Part shown: positions 18,570 through 27,855 of the stretch, in pieces
How the letters are laid out: every line of letters starts with the position of its first letter
Position numbering within the stretch: the first letter of the stretch is position 1
IMG/VR virus record: IMGVR_UViG_3300032073_000008
Coordinates: 1 to 64,000 of that record
DNA: 64,000 nt
Direction: 5' to 3' (one strand)
DNA from: a virus
Program-made: the position numbers and the translations under genes
Notes under the pieces: generated by a model
The model's input: only the letters and a program-made list of their open reading frames with translations
Databases searched by the model: none
Told to the model about the DNA's origin: nothing

Positions 18570-19157
18570 TCACTCTCCTATAATCATATTATAAATGTCA
18601 TTCCAATTATTGGCTCTTGTTCCATTATACTCTTTATTGTATCTATGGTCAACCAAAATACTTTTTAGACCAAACCTTGTTCCTAACTCAGCATTGGCAG
18701 GCTTATCTTCAATCCACCAACACTCACTGTCTCTGTACTTTAACAAAGCATCATCTTTATCAGCACCACACTCAAGGCATGTCAAAACTTCAAATACACC
18801 TCTACCAAAAACGCTGTCCAGATTTCTCTGTCTCAGAGCAATAGCTTTATCATCATCCGACATAGAAGTGATACAGTGGAATACATAACCATGCTCTTCA
18901 TGTAACTTGCGAACATACTTCACCGCATCTCTTAATGGTGGAATATCTTCCATCCATGCACTTTCATTGAAGTGACGAACCAATGGCTTTGTCTCTTCAC
19001 GACTAACACCATATCGCTTGTGTACCTTATAAAGATCTCTATATCCATCAACAGTTTTGAAACCTTTTTTATCCATCCAAGAACTGAAGGAATGCTCCCA
19101 ATCAAGAAGCACTCCATCACAGTCAGTTAAAATTACTTTATCAAAAGTAGCATACAT
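18570..19157 (-). CDS. HAD-superfamily 5'(3')-deoxyribonucleotidase-like phosphatase
   Basis: LTDCDGVLLDW (DxDGV), ITS, WIEDK, YN. Confidence 0.8.
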   Translation of the reverse strand: MYATFDKVILTDCDGVLLDWEHSFSSWMDKKGFKTVDGYRDLYKVHKRYGVSREETKPLVRHFNESAWMEDIPPLRDAVKYVRKLHEEHGYVFHCITSMSDDDKAIALRQRNLDSVFGRGVFEVLTCLECGADKDDALLKYRDSECWWIEDKPANAELGTRFGLKSILVDHRYNKEYNGTRANNWNDIYNMIIGE

Positions 19158-19357
19158 TAAAATTTCTCACTGTATTTTTTATCAGTTAATGCAAAACCAA
19201 CAAACATTTGATTAATCAAAATTAACATAACAAACGCTGTTGATAATAAAACTTGATCTTGTGACATACCTAAAACTTTAGCACCATAACCAAAAAACAA
19301 TCCTGTTGGTACATACATAAAAATGGCAAACGCCAATTTGAGATTTAATTTACTCAT
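19157..19357 (-). CDS. Small membrane protein
   Basis: 66 aa, two hydrophobic segments, overlapping start/stop with both neighbours. Confidence 0.6.
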   Translation of the reverse strand: MSKLNLKLAFAIFMYVPTGLFFGYGAKVLGMSQDQVLLSTAFVMLILINQMFVGFALTDKKYSEKF

Positions 19358-20190
19358 TCAGTTTCCTCATGATTTTTAAATTTAATGTTTTGCTCTTTTT
19401 CTCGAGCATCTCTTTCATACTGAGATCTATACACATCATTGATCTCAATAACTTTGGACAACAAGCTCATTTTATCAGTGAAGCGAACAAACGCACTCGT
19501 GTCTTTTGGAAAACACGCTCCACCAAAACCTTTCTTGCCGTCAAATCCTGGAACTTTAGTGTGTGAAACATTGATTCTTTTGTCTGCACCGACTGCCTTG
19601 ATTACTTCATTGAAGTTCACATTGTCATGCGTATTACAAGCATCATAAAGCTGATTGAAAAATACAACTTTAGTTGCCAAGAAAGAGTTGATTGCATACT
19701 TAACAAAACTCGCTTCTTCTTTGCTGAGTATATATGAAGGACAGTGATTGCATAGACTGTGTGTCTCATAATAACTCTTCAACTTCTTACAAATTTCTAT
19801 GTGACCTCCAAAGATATGAAACTCTGGATTAACAAACTGTTCACACGCTGACCTCTCAGTCAAAAACTCTGGGTTGTAGACGATATTGACTTCATCATAC
19901 TTACCGATAATCGATGGTGTCACTGTAGACTTAATAGCAATTATACCTGACATCCCATCTATCTTCTCAATAACATCATCAAGGATGGATGTGTCAATAT
20001 CACCATCATCTTGCATCGGAGTAGGAACACAAATGAATGTTAAGTCAGGAGACCAGATTTTAAGGTCATCGATTTTATCTGATTCTGAACCATATTTTGG
20101 ATCAATTATTTTCTTTTCAACAAATGGACTGCTGAATCCATATTCAACAGCCTTACCAACAAAACCGTGACCAATGATTGCTATTTTCAT
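19354..20190 (-). CDS. ugd: UDP-glucose/GDP-mannose dehydrogenase family protein (short form)
   Basis: GHGFVG, FICVPTP, KSTV, YNPEFL, GFGGACFPKD; no C-terminal UDP-binding domain. Confidence 0.85.
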   Translation of the reverse strand: MKIAIIGHGFVGKAVEYGFSSPFVEKKIIDPKYGSESDKIDDLKIWSPDLTFICVPTPMQDDGDIDTSILDDVIEKIDGMSGIIAIKSTVTPSIIGKYDEVNIVYNPEFLTERSACEQFVNPEFHIFGGHIEICKKLKSYYETHSLCNHCPSYILSKEEASFVKYAINSFLATKVVFFNQLYDACNTHDNVNFNEVIKAVGADKRINVSHTKVPGFDGKKGFGGACFPKDTSAFVRFTDKMSLLSKVIEINDVYRSQYERDAREKEQNIKFKNHEETE

Positions 20191-20600
20191 TCAGCACCTT
20201 GCAACTCAACATAGCCATAATTTTCACGACCACCTTGCGGAAGCATCGTGAAACTTTCCTCAACTGGAATAGTCCAGTGAGTTGGTCTGCGAGTAGCAAC
20301 CCACTTACCGTCTTCTTTCTTCAAGAACCATGGAGCTTCCCAATGTTCCCATGTAACATCAACATCATCAACAATTACCCAATCAATGATGTACTCTTGC
20401 GAACCCTCATCAGAAGATTCAATTAAATCGCGGACAGAATCAACCAAATCACTACCCGACAATGCGTCAGCAACCGAGATATTCTCAATAACATACTCGG
20501 AACCACCTTTTGACTTCCAATACTGAGGACACTCACCCTCACCATCCCAGTCGTGAGCACCATAGTTTTCGCGATATTGAGTATTGATTACTAATTTCAT
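20187..20600 (-). CDS. Hypothetical protein
   Basis: TQYRENYGAHDW...YWKSKGG; GAGG RBS; ATGA-coupled. Confidence 0.7.
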   Translation of the reverse strand: MKLVINTQYRENYGAHDWDGEGECPQYWKSKGGSEYVIENISVADALSGSDLVDSVRDLIESSDEGSQEYIIDWVIVDDVDVTWEHWEAPWFLKKEDGKWVATRRPTHWTIPVEESFTMLPQGGRENYGYVELQGAE

Positions 20601-20803
20601 GATGATTCCTCTTTAGATAATTGACCGTCAGATAAAGTATAGATAAGAACATTTGAAGACGTTTCGGGATTTTTGAAGACAGTAAGTTCATAACCATTGA
20701 AACAAATAACATCTTCAGTTGTTTTACCAGATTCGTAATCAGATTCGATACGCTTTTTGAGACTGGAAAGGCTATCCCACTTTTTAGAACAATAATCAAT
20801 CAT
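20597..20803 (-). CDS. Hypothetical protein
   Basis: Start moved to the ATG at 20803 (MIDYCSKK), downstream of the promoter at 20839..20867. Confidence 0.5.
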   Translation of the reverse strand: MIDYCSKKWDSLSSLKKRIESDYESGKTTEDVICFNGYELTVFKNPETSSNVLIYTLSDGQLSKEESS

Positions 20804-20838
20804 AAAAAATCTCACAGAGGGGGAAGGAACAAGATACA

Positions 20839-20867
20839 ATTATAGTTCAAACTCAAACTTAAAGCAA
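20839..20867 (-). promoter_or_regulatory. Sigma70-type promoter
   Basis: TTGCTT-N17-TATAAT. Confidence 0.55.
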
Positions 20868-20884
20868 GGTAAATTTTTGGCTTT

Positions 20885-21097
20885 TTAGACCTGACTCGCT
20901 TCAGTACGGTATGCGAGATCAAGAGTCCTGACATTTTCCTCGTGCATCTGGAGCAACTCAGCATGGGTGTATATATCATACCCAGTGAACAAGATTTCCT
21001 TCCCCTCGCACGCTCCAGAGGTGTCTCCGAAGTCTTTAGTGGTTAAGGCATCAACATCAAGGCTTAAAAGATTAGCAAGCTCAGTGGTGGTCAACAT
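20885..21097 (-). CDS. Small early hypothetical protein
   Basis: 70 aa, GAGGAGAGA RBS, own promoter. Confidence 0.65.
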   Translation of the reverse strand: MLTTTELANLLSLDVDALTTKDFGDTSGACEGKEILFTGYDIYTHAELLQMHEENVRTLDLAYRTEASQV

Positions 21098-21127
21098 AGG
21101 TCTCTCCTCTCATCAATTTATAAGAGA

Positions 21128-21156
21128 ATTCTACCCTATATTTGATCTCTGGACAA
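21128..21156 (-). promoter_or_regulatory. Putative early promoter (TTGTCY-N17-TAGAAT class)
   Basis: TTGTCC-N17-TAGAAT with an A-tract upstream; same class at 32743 and 35101. Confidence 0.7.
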
Positions 21157-21212
21157 GACTTTTTTTAAACTATTTTTGTCTAAAAATGGACTTTCTTATA
21201 GCTTTTTAGCAT

Positions 21213-21237
21213 AAAAAAAGGGGACTATTTAGTCCCC
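21213..21237 (-). terminator. Rho-independent terminator
   Basis: GGGGACT-AAAT-AGTCCCC followed by T7, after 21263..21796. Confidence 0.8.
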
Positions 21238-21262
21238 AATATTAGTGTAAAAAATAACCTAT

Positions 21263-21796
21263 TTAGCCTAATGGTGAAGATGCAGCGTCTAGCCCATCCC
21301 AGAGATTATCAAGCTCTGTTTTGAACTTGCCTTGAGTCTTTTCAAATTCTTTAATCGCATCTGCCATCTTTTTATATTCGTTGCGGACTTCGATCCAATC
21401 CTTTTCTAGCTTCGCTACCTTTTCCGTTGAGGCTTTTGCATCATCCAAAACCTCTTGTTGCCTTTTGCCAATATTCTCAAGCATTGTTTGAAGCTCTGCT
21501 AGTTTGCCTTGCAGATGACTTATGTTGTTATCTTCAATCTTTGTTTCAATTGCTGTCAATTTAATTTGTTCAGACTCAAGAGTAACTCTTAATGTTTCAA
21601 TTGCTTCGTTCGAGATAGTTGATACAGTTTCTTCTAATGCAGAAAGATTTTCTTCTATAACACCAACCTTTGAATAAAATTCTGATATAGCCCAAATACC
21701 ACCACTAATGGTAGTGATAATAGACACCATGATTGCGATGTAAATCCCCTTAAATTTTACACCACCAATATTAAGTTCTGTTTCTTCGAGACTCAT
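21263..21796 (-). CDS. Membrane-anchored coiled-coil protein
   Basis: One N-proximal TM helix (IYIAIMVSIITTISGGIWAI), then a long heptad-rich region. Confidence 0.65.
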   Translation of the reverse strand: MSLEETELNIGGVKFKGIYIAIMVSIITTISGGIWAISEFYSKVGVIEENLSALEETVSTISNEAIETLRVTLESEQIKLTAIETKIEDNNISHLQGKLAELQTMLENIGKRQQEVLDDAKASTEKVAKLEKDWIEVRNEYKKMADAIKEFEKTQGKFKTELDNLWDGLDAASSPLG

Positions 21797-21808
21797 ATAC
21801 TACTCCTA

Positions 21809-23047
21809 TTATGGTCCAGGATCTGAAATGGGTGGTGGGGGTGTTGTATTACCATCACCACTAAATGTTGGGTCAGGATTGAAAGCACCTGGATTTCCAT
21901 CTGAAGCACCATTCATTGCTCCAGTCACCATTGTGCTTGGTCCAGTTGAACCCAAGTTTCCGTTGTCGTTATTAAACTGTGTTATATCAATTGATGCATC
22001 TTGAGTAACAATCACTTCTGTGACTAATCCAACAGGATCATATAATTTTGCATTAACATTATATCCTGGAGCTACTGCTGCATATGATTCTCCAGTTCCA
22101 TAACTATAAGCACTATACATGTCATTCACATCAACTGGGGGTGTATCTCCATAGAACCCATCATATATTTCAGTTGTTGCTTGTGTCCAATTCACCTCAC
22201 CTTCGTTATTAAAGAACATACCTTGTAACACAGTGTCAGTAGCATTATCCCATGTGATAGTCATTTGATCTGTCCAAGCATCATAAGAGACTGTTGAACT
22301 GGTTATATTAGATAATGTTGCAGCAGCATCGTAGTTGATCATCGCGAGAGCTGCAGCATCCTGACTAGCCCAAAGTGACGCAGTTGCAGCCTGTGCTTTA
22401 TCCTCAATTGTATCCAATGATTGGTTAAATGTTTGTACTGTTGACTGATCAATCTGCACATCGTTTGCTCGAATATAATTTTGTAGATCAATTCTTTCTT
22501 CGTCTGATTGTGCATTAATTGCTTCAGTGTAGATTGCTTCAGCTTTACTAATCTCAGTTGCAGCATCGGCAAACATATCAATTGCTGCATCCATTTCATC
22601 TTTATTGTCTTCATAACTTTGTACTAATAAATGCTCTGCACTATAATAATTTGCATTTACAATGTCAAGAATCGACTGGTTGTAATATGCAGCTTCGATC
22701 AGATCTATCTTGTGTGCATCTGTTCTTCCCGCAACTGGAACGATTGCTTCATTTGCGAGTGATGCATCATTAGGTGTCATCATACTCATTTCAACAACAC
22801 TTGCTTGTGCATTACTTACTTGTGTGTTGATGTAATTAGCAGTGTTCACCAACTCTTGGATCTCTACATAATCACCAGTTGGTCTTAAAGGATTGATTCC
22901 TGGATCAATTAAATTGCCAAATGTTAAACTTTGAATTGATGTGCCTTGCGGATTACCAAATGACAGTGCGGTAACGATCAGAGATAGACTTGCCACTACC
23001 ATCATCGCCATTTTTCGCATGTTCACCATTTCCGTTACCATTCGCAT
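21809..23047 (-). CDS. Secreted/exported acidic helical protein
   Basis: Signal-like hydrophobic N-terminus; Ala/Asn/Asp/Thr-rich; Pro-rich tail; exact start uncertain. Confidence 0.6.
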   Translation of the reverse strand: MRMVTEMVNMRKMAMMVVASLSLIVTALSFGNPQGTSIQSLTFGNLIDPGINPLRPTGDYVEIQELVNTANYINTQVSNAQASVVEMSMMTPNDASLANEAIVPVAGRTDAHKIDLIEAAYYNQSILDIVNANYYSAEHLLVQSYEDNKDEMDAAIDMFADAATEISKAEAIYTEAINAQSDEERIDLQNYIRANDVQIDQSTVQTFNQSLDTIEDKAQAATASLWASQDAAALAMINYDAAATLSNITSSTVSYDAWTDQMTITWDNATDTVLQGMFFNNEGEVNWTQATTEIYDGFYGDTPPVDVNDMYSAYSYGTGESYAAVAPGYNVNAKLYDPVGLVTEVIVTQDASIDITQFNNDNGNLGSTGPSTMVTGAMNGASDGNPGAFNPDPTFSGDGNTTPPPPISDPGP

Positions 23048-23630
23048 ATTCTCCTATTCCGAGTATCGTGTGATAATATATTTTTTTATCCTTATCCAAT
23101 TTTTTATAATTAGGAATAAAGATTTCAGGTTTTGTTTTTAACATCACAAAAGCAGATTTACCAACAATCACCTTTCCTTTCACTACAATTGGACAAGGTG
23201 TGCCACTCAACAACATTGCTTCCCATGTAGCAGCAGATTGACACATTCGTGTTATAGCTGCAATTTTCATGTTAAGTGTAAAGAGCATTTGAGCATCCTT
23301 TCTTCTATTACACTCTTCATCTTGTATGTAATCGCCTTTACTAAAACCTATAACTGTTGTTTGAGCACCAGCAGACTTTGATTTCAGACAACTATCATTA
23401 CCAGCCGACATTAATGATGGTGCGGTCGCTGTTGCTACTGGAATCTCACTTGCACTTCCAGCACCATTATATTGATTAGTGTTTGTGACAGTTTCATTGT
23501 TGGAGTCCACAGTCGCACCTTGCTGGTTTGTGTTTAAATCACCAGACTGTGTGCTACTATTATTACTGTCTACATCCTGTGCAACTGCTACATTACAAAA
23601 CAATAGCAAAGATATAATATATTTTCTCAT
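22953..23630 (-). CDS. Secreted Cys-containing protein
   Basis: Signal peptide MRKYIISLLLFCNVAVA|Q, Asn/Thr/Ser-rich linker, four Cys in the mature domain. Confidence 0.65.
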   Translation of the reverse strand: MRKYIISLLLFCNVAVAQDVDSNNSSTQSGDLNTNQQGATVDSNNETVTNTNQYNGAGSASEIPVATATAPSLMSAGNDSCLKSKSAGAQTTVIGFSKGDYIQDEECNRRKDAQMLFTLNMKIAAITRMCQSAATWEAMLLSGTPCPIVVKGKVIVGKSAFVMLKTKPEIFIPNYKKLDKDKKIYYHTILGIGEYANGNGNGEHAKNGDDGSGKSISDRYRTVIW

Positions 23631-23664
23631 TCCAATCCTTCACAATCAGTTTCAACTTTATTAC

Positions 23665-23672
23665 TATTTATA
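23665..23672 (-). promoter_or_regulatory. T4-type late promoter TATAAATA
   Basis: Exact match about 35 nt upstream of 23630. Confidence 0.75.
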
Positions 23673-23716
23673 ACAATTAATGTCTTTTATGAGCTAAGTA
23701 TTAATACCTATACAAC

Positions 23717-23745
23717 AAAAAACACGACAAAAGCCGTGTTTTTTT
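23717..23745. terminator. Possible bidirectional terminator
   Basis: A-tract-CACG.C-loop-G.CGTG-T-tract just downstream of the lysozyme. Confidence 0.5.
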
Positions 23746-23760
23746 CAATCTAAAACACAT

Positions 23761-24204
23761 TTATGATATAGATTCTAATCGAACCATTAATCTTTCAGCA
23801 CGATTTGTTACTTGTTTATGCCATCGAGAGTCTCGACCTTGAACTGCTGCTTCTTGCCAATCACCAACTTCGGCTGCAGCTACCATTTTCTTAAACTTAC
23901 TCAGGCGAGTACGACCCATGTTAAACATCATGTTTGCGAATACTTGTTTTGCTTCTTCAGGATAATCTTCCCAACTCTCAAAACAAATTTCACAATCTGC
24001 TAATACGACTTGAACATCTTTATCAAATACTTCAAATACACGCTCTTCAGAGACTGGTGTACCAACTTCTTGACCATGCTCTGGATCTGAATCTAGAACC
24101 AAATGACCAATACCAAATGTGGCATAACCTAGATGGTCGTGGTATATTTCATTTACTTGACCTTCATCGATTACAAGTTGTTCTCTTAATTTTACAATAT
24201 CCAT
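23761..24204 (-). CDS. Lysozyme, GH24 (T4 e-like endolysin)
   Basis: DEG....Y.DHLGYATFGIGHL catalytic E-D-T triad, MMFNMG, SRWHKQV.NRA; start placed at MDIVKL with GGAGAG RBS. Confidence 0.9.
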   Translation of the reverse strand: MDIVKLREQLVIDEGQVNEIYHDHLGYATFGIGHLVLDSDPEHGQEVGTPVSEERVFEVFDKDVQVVLADCEICFESWEDYPEEAKQVFANMMFNMGRTRLSKFKKMVAAAEVGDWQEAAVQGRDSRWHKQVTNRAERLMVRLESIS

Positions 24205-24212
24205 AATCTCTC

Positions 24213-24587
24213 CTATAAGAATTTTTCTAAATCTGGTTTCCAATAATTTGGACCTTTAAGAATCTTGCCATCTTCTCGATAAATTGGTTTGCCATCTTCA
24301 CCGAGTTTACTCATATTAGATTCGTGGACTTCATCAAATGTTGCATCTAGATCGATACCATATGCAGCACCAGCACCATAAACAACATATAATAAATCAG
24401 TAAGAGCGTCTGCGATTTCTGCTAAATCTTTTTTCTCTACAGCTTCACATAATTCTTCTAATTCTTCAGATATTAATTCAATACGCAAGCTCGCAACATC
24501 ATCATCTACAAACTCAGCATCATCTTTGACCGCTTGTCCAAATGTTTGCATGAACTCACGAACTTTGTTATAATTAGTATTTGACAT
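24213..24587 (-). CDS. MazG-like / PRA-PH-like NTP pyrophosphohydrolase
   Basis: EELEEL, ADALTDLLYV.YG, EVHESNMSK, DGKILKGPNY. Confidence 0.85.
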   Translation of the reverse strand: MSNTNYNKVREFMQTFGQAVKDDAEFVDDDVASLRIELISEELEELCEAVEKKDLAEIADALTDLLYVVYGAGAAYGIDLDATFDEVHESNMSKLGEDGKPIYREDGKILKGPNYWKPDLEKFL

Positions 24588-24588
24588 A

Positions 24589-24978
24589 TTATTGTTTTTT
24601 ACCAATGTTGTATTTTGTTTCAAGATTCCAGTCAGCTTTGTCCTTGTACGGCAAAACTTTAATTTGGTTCAAAGGAGCAATTAGCTCTTTTGTTTTATCA
24701 TCATCCACCAACTTTATCAATCCCCACTCAGCCAACAAGTTCGCAATAGTATTGCGTCTTGCAACATCTTCATCACCAAAATTACTAGGCTTACCATCAA
24801 GGGCAAACAACTCTTTAAAGTGGACAATGTAATACTTACCTTGCTTATGCAAGATATGGCACGATTGATATAGGGTTTTGTTTTTATGAGATGCAACACC
24901 GATTCGTGTTAGTGTTTCTCGAATCTTTAGAAAATCATCATCATTCTTTAGTATAACTTCCACTAGACTATCCAGCAT
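24589..24978 (-). CDS. regA: Translational repressor RegA
   Basis: DDFLKIRETLTRIGVAS, LYQSCHILHKQGKYYIVHFKELFALDG. Confidence 0.95.
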   Translation of the reverse strand: MLDSLVEVILKNDDDFLKIRETLTRIGVASHKNKTLYQSCHILHKQGKYYIVHFKELFALDGKPSNFGDEDVARRNTIANLLAEWGLIKLVDDDKTKELIAPLNQIKVLPYKDKADWNLETKYNIGKKQ

Positions 24979-25366
24979 TTTTACCACCCTTATCTATTCT
25001 TCTTTTTATATCGCTGATTTGATCATCAGAAAGAATAGCAAGGGCTTGTTGGGTTTTAACATCGTTATAACCATAATACTCTTTAACACACGCCACATCA
25101 CTGTCTTTCTGCTTCTTTTCCCATTTAGCATAACGCTTTTTTGGTCTAACAGTATTTATAAAAAAGTGGAACTGTGGCTTTTTATCTAAGTAGTGGCGTG
25201 TATTCATTTCGTTGGCAAGACCAACAGTATCTGCATGGTATGACAATGCACGATTTGTTAGGAAAGGTTCATAACCTTTCTCAGCAAGTTTATCATTATC
25301 AGTTCCAGTCATCAAGTCGACTTTGGAAGTGTTAATGGCATTAATGTAATCAAATGGATTAGACAA
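24968..25366 (-). CDS. gp62: Clamp loader small subunit
   Basis: Y.PFL.NRALS, KKRYAKW.K, VKEYYGY, GG end; directly upstream of regA; probable TTG start with GGAG RBS. Confidence 0.9.
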   Translation of the reverse strand: MSNPFDYINAINTSKVDLMTGTDNDKLAEKGYEPFLTNRALSYHADTVGLANEMNTRHYLDKKPQFHFFINTVRPKKRYAKWEKKQKDSDVACVKEYYGYNDVKTQQALAILSDDQISDIKRRIDKGGKNAG

Positions 25367-25367
25367 T

Positions 25368-25958
25368 TTATTCTCCAGCAACAATGTTGATGAGCTTTTG
25401 CATGCGCATCACATCCATAACAATATCATGGCGTGGGTCATGTCCAACAAATTTATCAGCTAACTCCTCAGGAACAAAAGTGTTCTTTAGTGGAGAGCCA
25501 TAAGACAAACCTTCAATGAATGATCGAGTATCTCGAATCAACCACCAGTCAAATGGATCTTTCTCATCAGAGTGAGCAAGCAGTGTGCGAAGAAAGATGG
25601 GATCAAATGAATTACCTCTTGTCCAAACCTTTCTTACTGGTTCAACATCAATCTTATCACAGAACCAATTATACAACTCTTTAATAGATTTGTCAAGAGG
25701 AGACGGTTTCAATAAAGCCTGAGCTTCTTTGGGTTGATTCTTCCACCAGTCTAGTGTACTCTTTTGGATAGTGCGACCAAGCTCAATCTGTTCAGCAACA
25801 TCAAAGCGAATCATATGTGAATCATCAAGCAACTCTTCATATTCATATGGGTTAGTTAAGAATCTTTTCTCATCATATTGCAAGACAGCCAAGCTAACCG
25901 CAACACCATTCACCATATCTTGACTTAATGTTTCGAAGTCATATATCACACTATTCAT
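25368..25958 (-). CDS. dexA: DexA-like 3'-5' exonuclease (DEDDh)
   Basis: DFETL, TLDWW, WTRGNSFD, RDTRS, HDPRHD. Confidence 0.8.
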   Translation of the reverse strand: MNSVIYDFETLSQDMVNGVAVSLAVLQYDEKRFLTNPYEYEELLDDSHMIRFDVAEQIELGRTIQKSTLDWWKNQPKEAQALLKPSPLDKSIKELYNWFCDKIDVEPVRKVWTRGNSFDPIFLRTLLAHSDEKDPFDWWLIRDTRSFIEGLSYGSPLKNTFVPEELADKFVGHDPRHDIVMDVMRMQKLINIVAGE

Positions 25959-25961
25959 AGT

Positions 25962-26387
25962 TTACCATTCCCTAACATCAAGAACACCAGACAAAACATA
26001 ATCATTATTTTCTAACTCAAAACCTATTTCTTCAAGAGGACAACCAACTGCGTGTCCTGAAGATTCATGTAATGCACGAACATGTTTCTTATTATCATCA
26101 TCCCAATACCCTTCAGTAATAAAATTATCACTGCGGTTTTTGGCACAAGAAAGAAACTCCCATTCCTCAAACACTTTGGATGGATCTAACTCATCATTAG
26201 AACCACTGATGATATGTTCTATTAAACCAACCTCATCCCAATTGCTTGGAGTGACGAGAATCTCTCCTAGATCCCATGTAGTATCAAGAGTAATATATTC
26301 AGCATCACGACCATAGATTTCATTGATCTTAAATGAATTATCTTGAGTAGTTGATAGTACATATTTTCCACCAATATCAATTTTCAT
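25962..26387 (-). CDS. Acidic hypothetical protein (paralogue of 18134..18568)
   Basis: 141 aa; shared pattern M.I.IG..Y..S...F...E...T.W..G...VTP...DEV. Confidence 0.65.
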   Translation of the reverse strand: MKIDIGGKYVLSTTQDNSFKINEIYGRDAEYITLDTTWDLGEILVTPSNWDEVGLIEHIISGSNDELDPSKVFEEWEFLSCAKNRSDNFITEGYWDDDNKKHVRALHESSGHAVGCPLEEIGFELENNDYVLSGVLDVREW

Positions 26388-26488
26388 TTTTTCCTCTCTC
26401 GTCTTGCTTCTGCGTTAATTTGTGGGACTTTATCACCAGTATATGCCCATATTAAAATTAATACAAATATGAATGTGAATGTGATCAT
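26384..26488 (-). CDS. 34-aa single-TM microprotein (not in ORF track)
   Basis: MITFTFIFVLILIWAYTGDKVPQINAEARRERKK; ATGA overlaps at both ends fill the gap exactly. Confidence 0.65.
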   Translation of the reverse strand: MITFTFIFVLILIWAYTGDKVPQINAEARRERKK

Positions 26489-26844
26489 GCTTCTTTGTCT
26501 TGATCCCATACACACTTGTTTAATTGTTTTCGATTTTGTTTTATCTTTGCTTTAAGTTGATCTAATCTTAATGCAAGTAACCAACTGTCGCCTCGTCTTT
26601 CAGCATCATAAAATACAGAAGCAGTAAACATAATCATGAACAATATACCCATGTGGGCAACAAGACTCACGCCCATATAGATTACACTGCCAATATAAAG
26701 ACCAAATGCAATACACCACATCCAAGCAAGAACAGTCATAATCCAAAGTCTTGATACTGGGTCTGGAATATGACGCAGTGGATTTTTATTGTGATCCATT
26801 ACTGAATTATAAAGATCATAAAGCCATAAAAAATAAAGTTTCAT
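26485..26844 (-). CDS. Membrane protein, hypothetical
   Basis: NPLRHIPD motif followed by two TM helices; GGAG RBS. Confidence 0.7.
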   Translation of the reverse strand: MKLYFLWLYDLYNSVMDHNKNPLRHIPDPVSRLWIMTVLAWMWCIAFGLYIGSVIYMGVSLVAHMGILFMIMFTASVFYDAERRGDSWLLALRLDQLKAKIKQNRKQLNKCVWDQDKEA

Positions 26845-26857
26845 ATGTTACTCCTTA

Positions 26858-27799
26858 TTACTTCCATTCACAATCAATCATCATTTCAGTCAACATAGCC
26901 ATCATGTTGATCTCAGCATCAGCTGCAAATGCAGCCTTGTACTGATAGTCAGCTAATGTAACAACAACCTGAGGAACGCTGTTCGGCTCAACATACTCGC
27001 CAATTGTATCATAGATTGTTCGGAATACCTGAGATGTATCACCATCAATATTCTGAGCAACCCATTTACGAACCTTGCTGAACTCCTTTTCCTTCATAGA
27101 CTTCATCAAGTCCTTCATATTCAAGTCAGCAAAGTTTACTAGGATTCCAGCATCAATCTTACCAGTCCCAGCATAACGCTGAAGCTCATTCAAGACTCTG
27201 CGATTATCAGGGAAGTGACGCTTCACAACTTCAGCTACAACTTTCTTATCATAGTCGACTTGCTCGTTATCAAGTATAATACATGCACGCTTGAATAACT
27301 CAGAAGCAAGTTTTGGTTTGTCTTCGGGAGTTATTTTAAATTCAACGACAGAGCATCGCGAGTGTAGTGGCGAAATAATCTTGTTCACAAAGTTACATGT
27401 TAAGATAAATCCACAGTTGGCACTGTACTCTTCCATGAAGTTCCGAAGAGCTGGTTGAACAGTGTCTGCATTAAGATAGTCAGCTTCATCTAGGATGACA
27501 TATTTTCTGCCACCTGCCAAAGACATAGAAGAGGCAAACCCTTTTATCTTAGTCCGCAATGTATCAATTAATCGACCTTCATCTGATCCATTGATTACAA
27601 TATAGTCACATCCCAACTCCTCAAGCATTGCTTTGGCGATAGTTGTTTTACCAACACCAGCAGTACCTGTGAGTAATAAGTTTGGAACATTTTTGTTATC
27701 AACAAATGTCTGGAAAGTTTTCTTCAAACTGTTTGGTAGGATTGTATCAACCACAGACTGTGGGCGATACTTTTCAACATACAAAAATTCTTGTTGCAT
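26858..27799 (-). CDS. gp44: Clamp loader AAA+ subunit
   Basis: EKYRP, GTAGVGKTT, ILDEAD, PLHSRC. Confidence 0.95.
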   Translation of the reverse strand: MQQEFLYVEKYRPQSVVDTILPNSLKKTFQTFVDNKNVPNLLLTGTAGVGKTTIAKAMLEELGCDYIVINGSDEGRLIDTLRTKIKGFASSMSLAGGRKYVILDEADYLNADTVQPALRNFMEEYSANCGFILTCNFVNKIISPLHSRCSVVEFKITPEDKPKLASELFKRACIILDNEQVDYDKKVVAEVVKRHFPDNRRVLNELQRYAGTGKIDAGILVNFADLNMKDLMKSMKEKEFSKVRKWVAQNIDGDTSQVFRTIYDTIGEYVEPNSVPQVVVTLADYQYKAAFAADAEINMMAMLTEMMIDCEWK

Positions 27800-27826
27800 A
27801 ATATAATTTCTCCTCAATGTCCATCT

Positions 27827-27855
27827 ATTCTACTACATGATGGGTTAAATGTCAA
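27827..27855 (-). promoter_or_regulatory. Sigma70-type promoter for gp44
   Basis: TTGACA-N17-TAGAAT. Confidence 0.75.

Noticed and set aside
25153-25160. TATAAATA inside gp62
   Set aside because: It could drive late regA expression but is also explained by F-I-N codons; not supportable alone.
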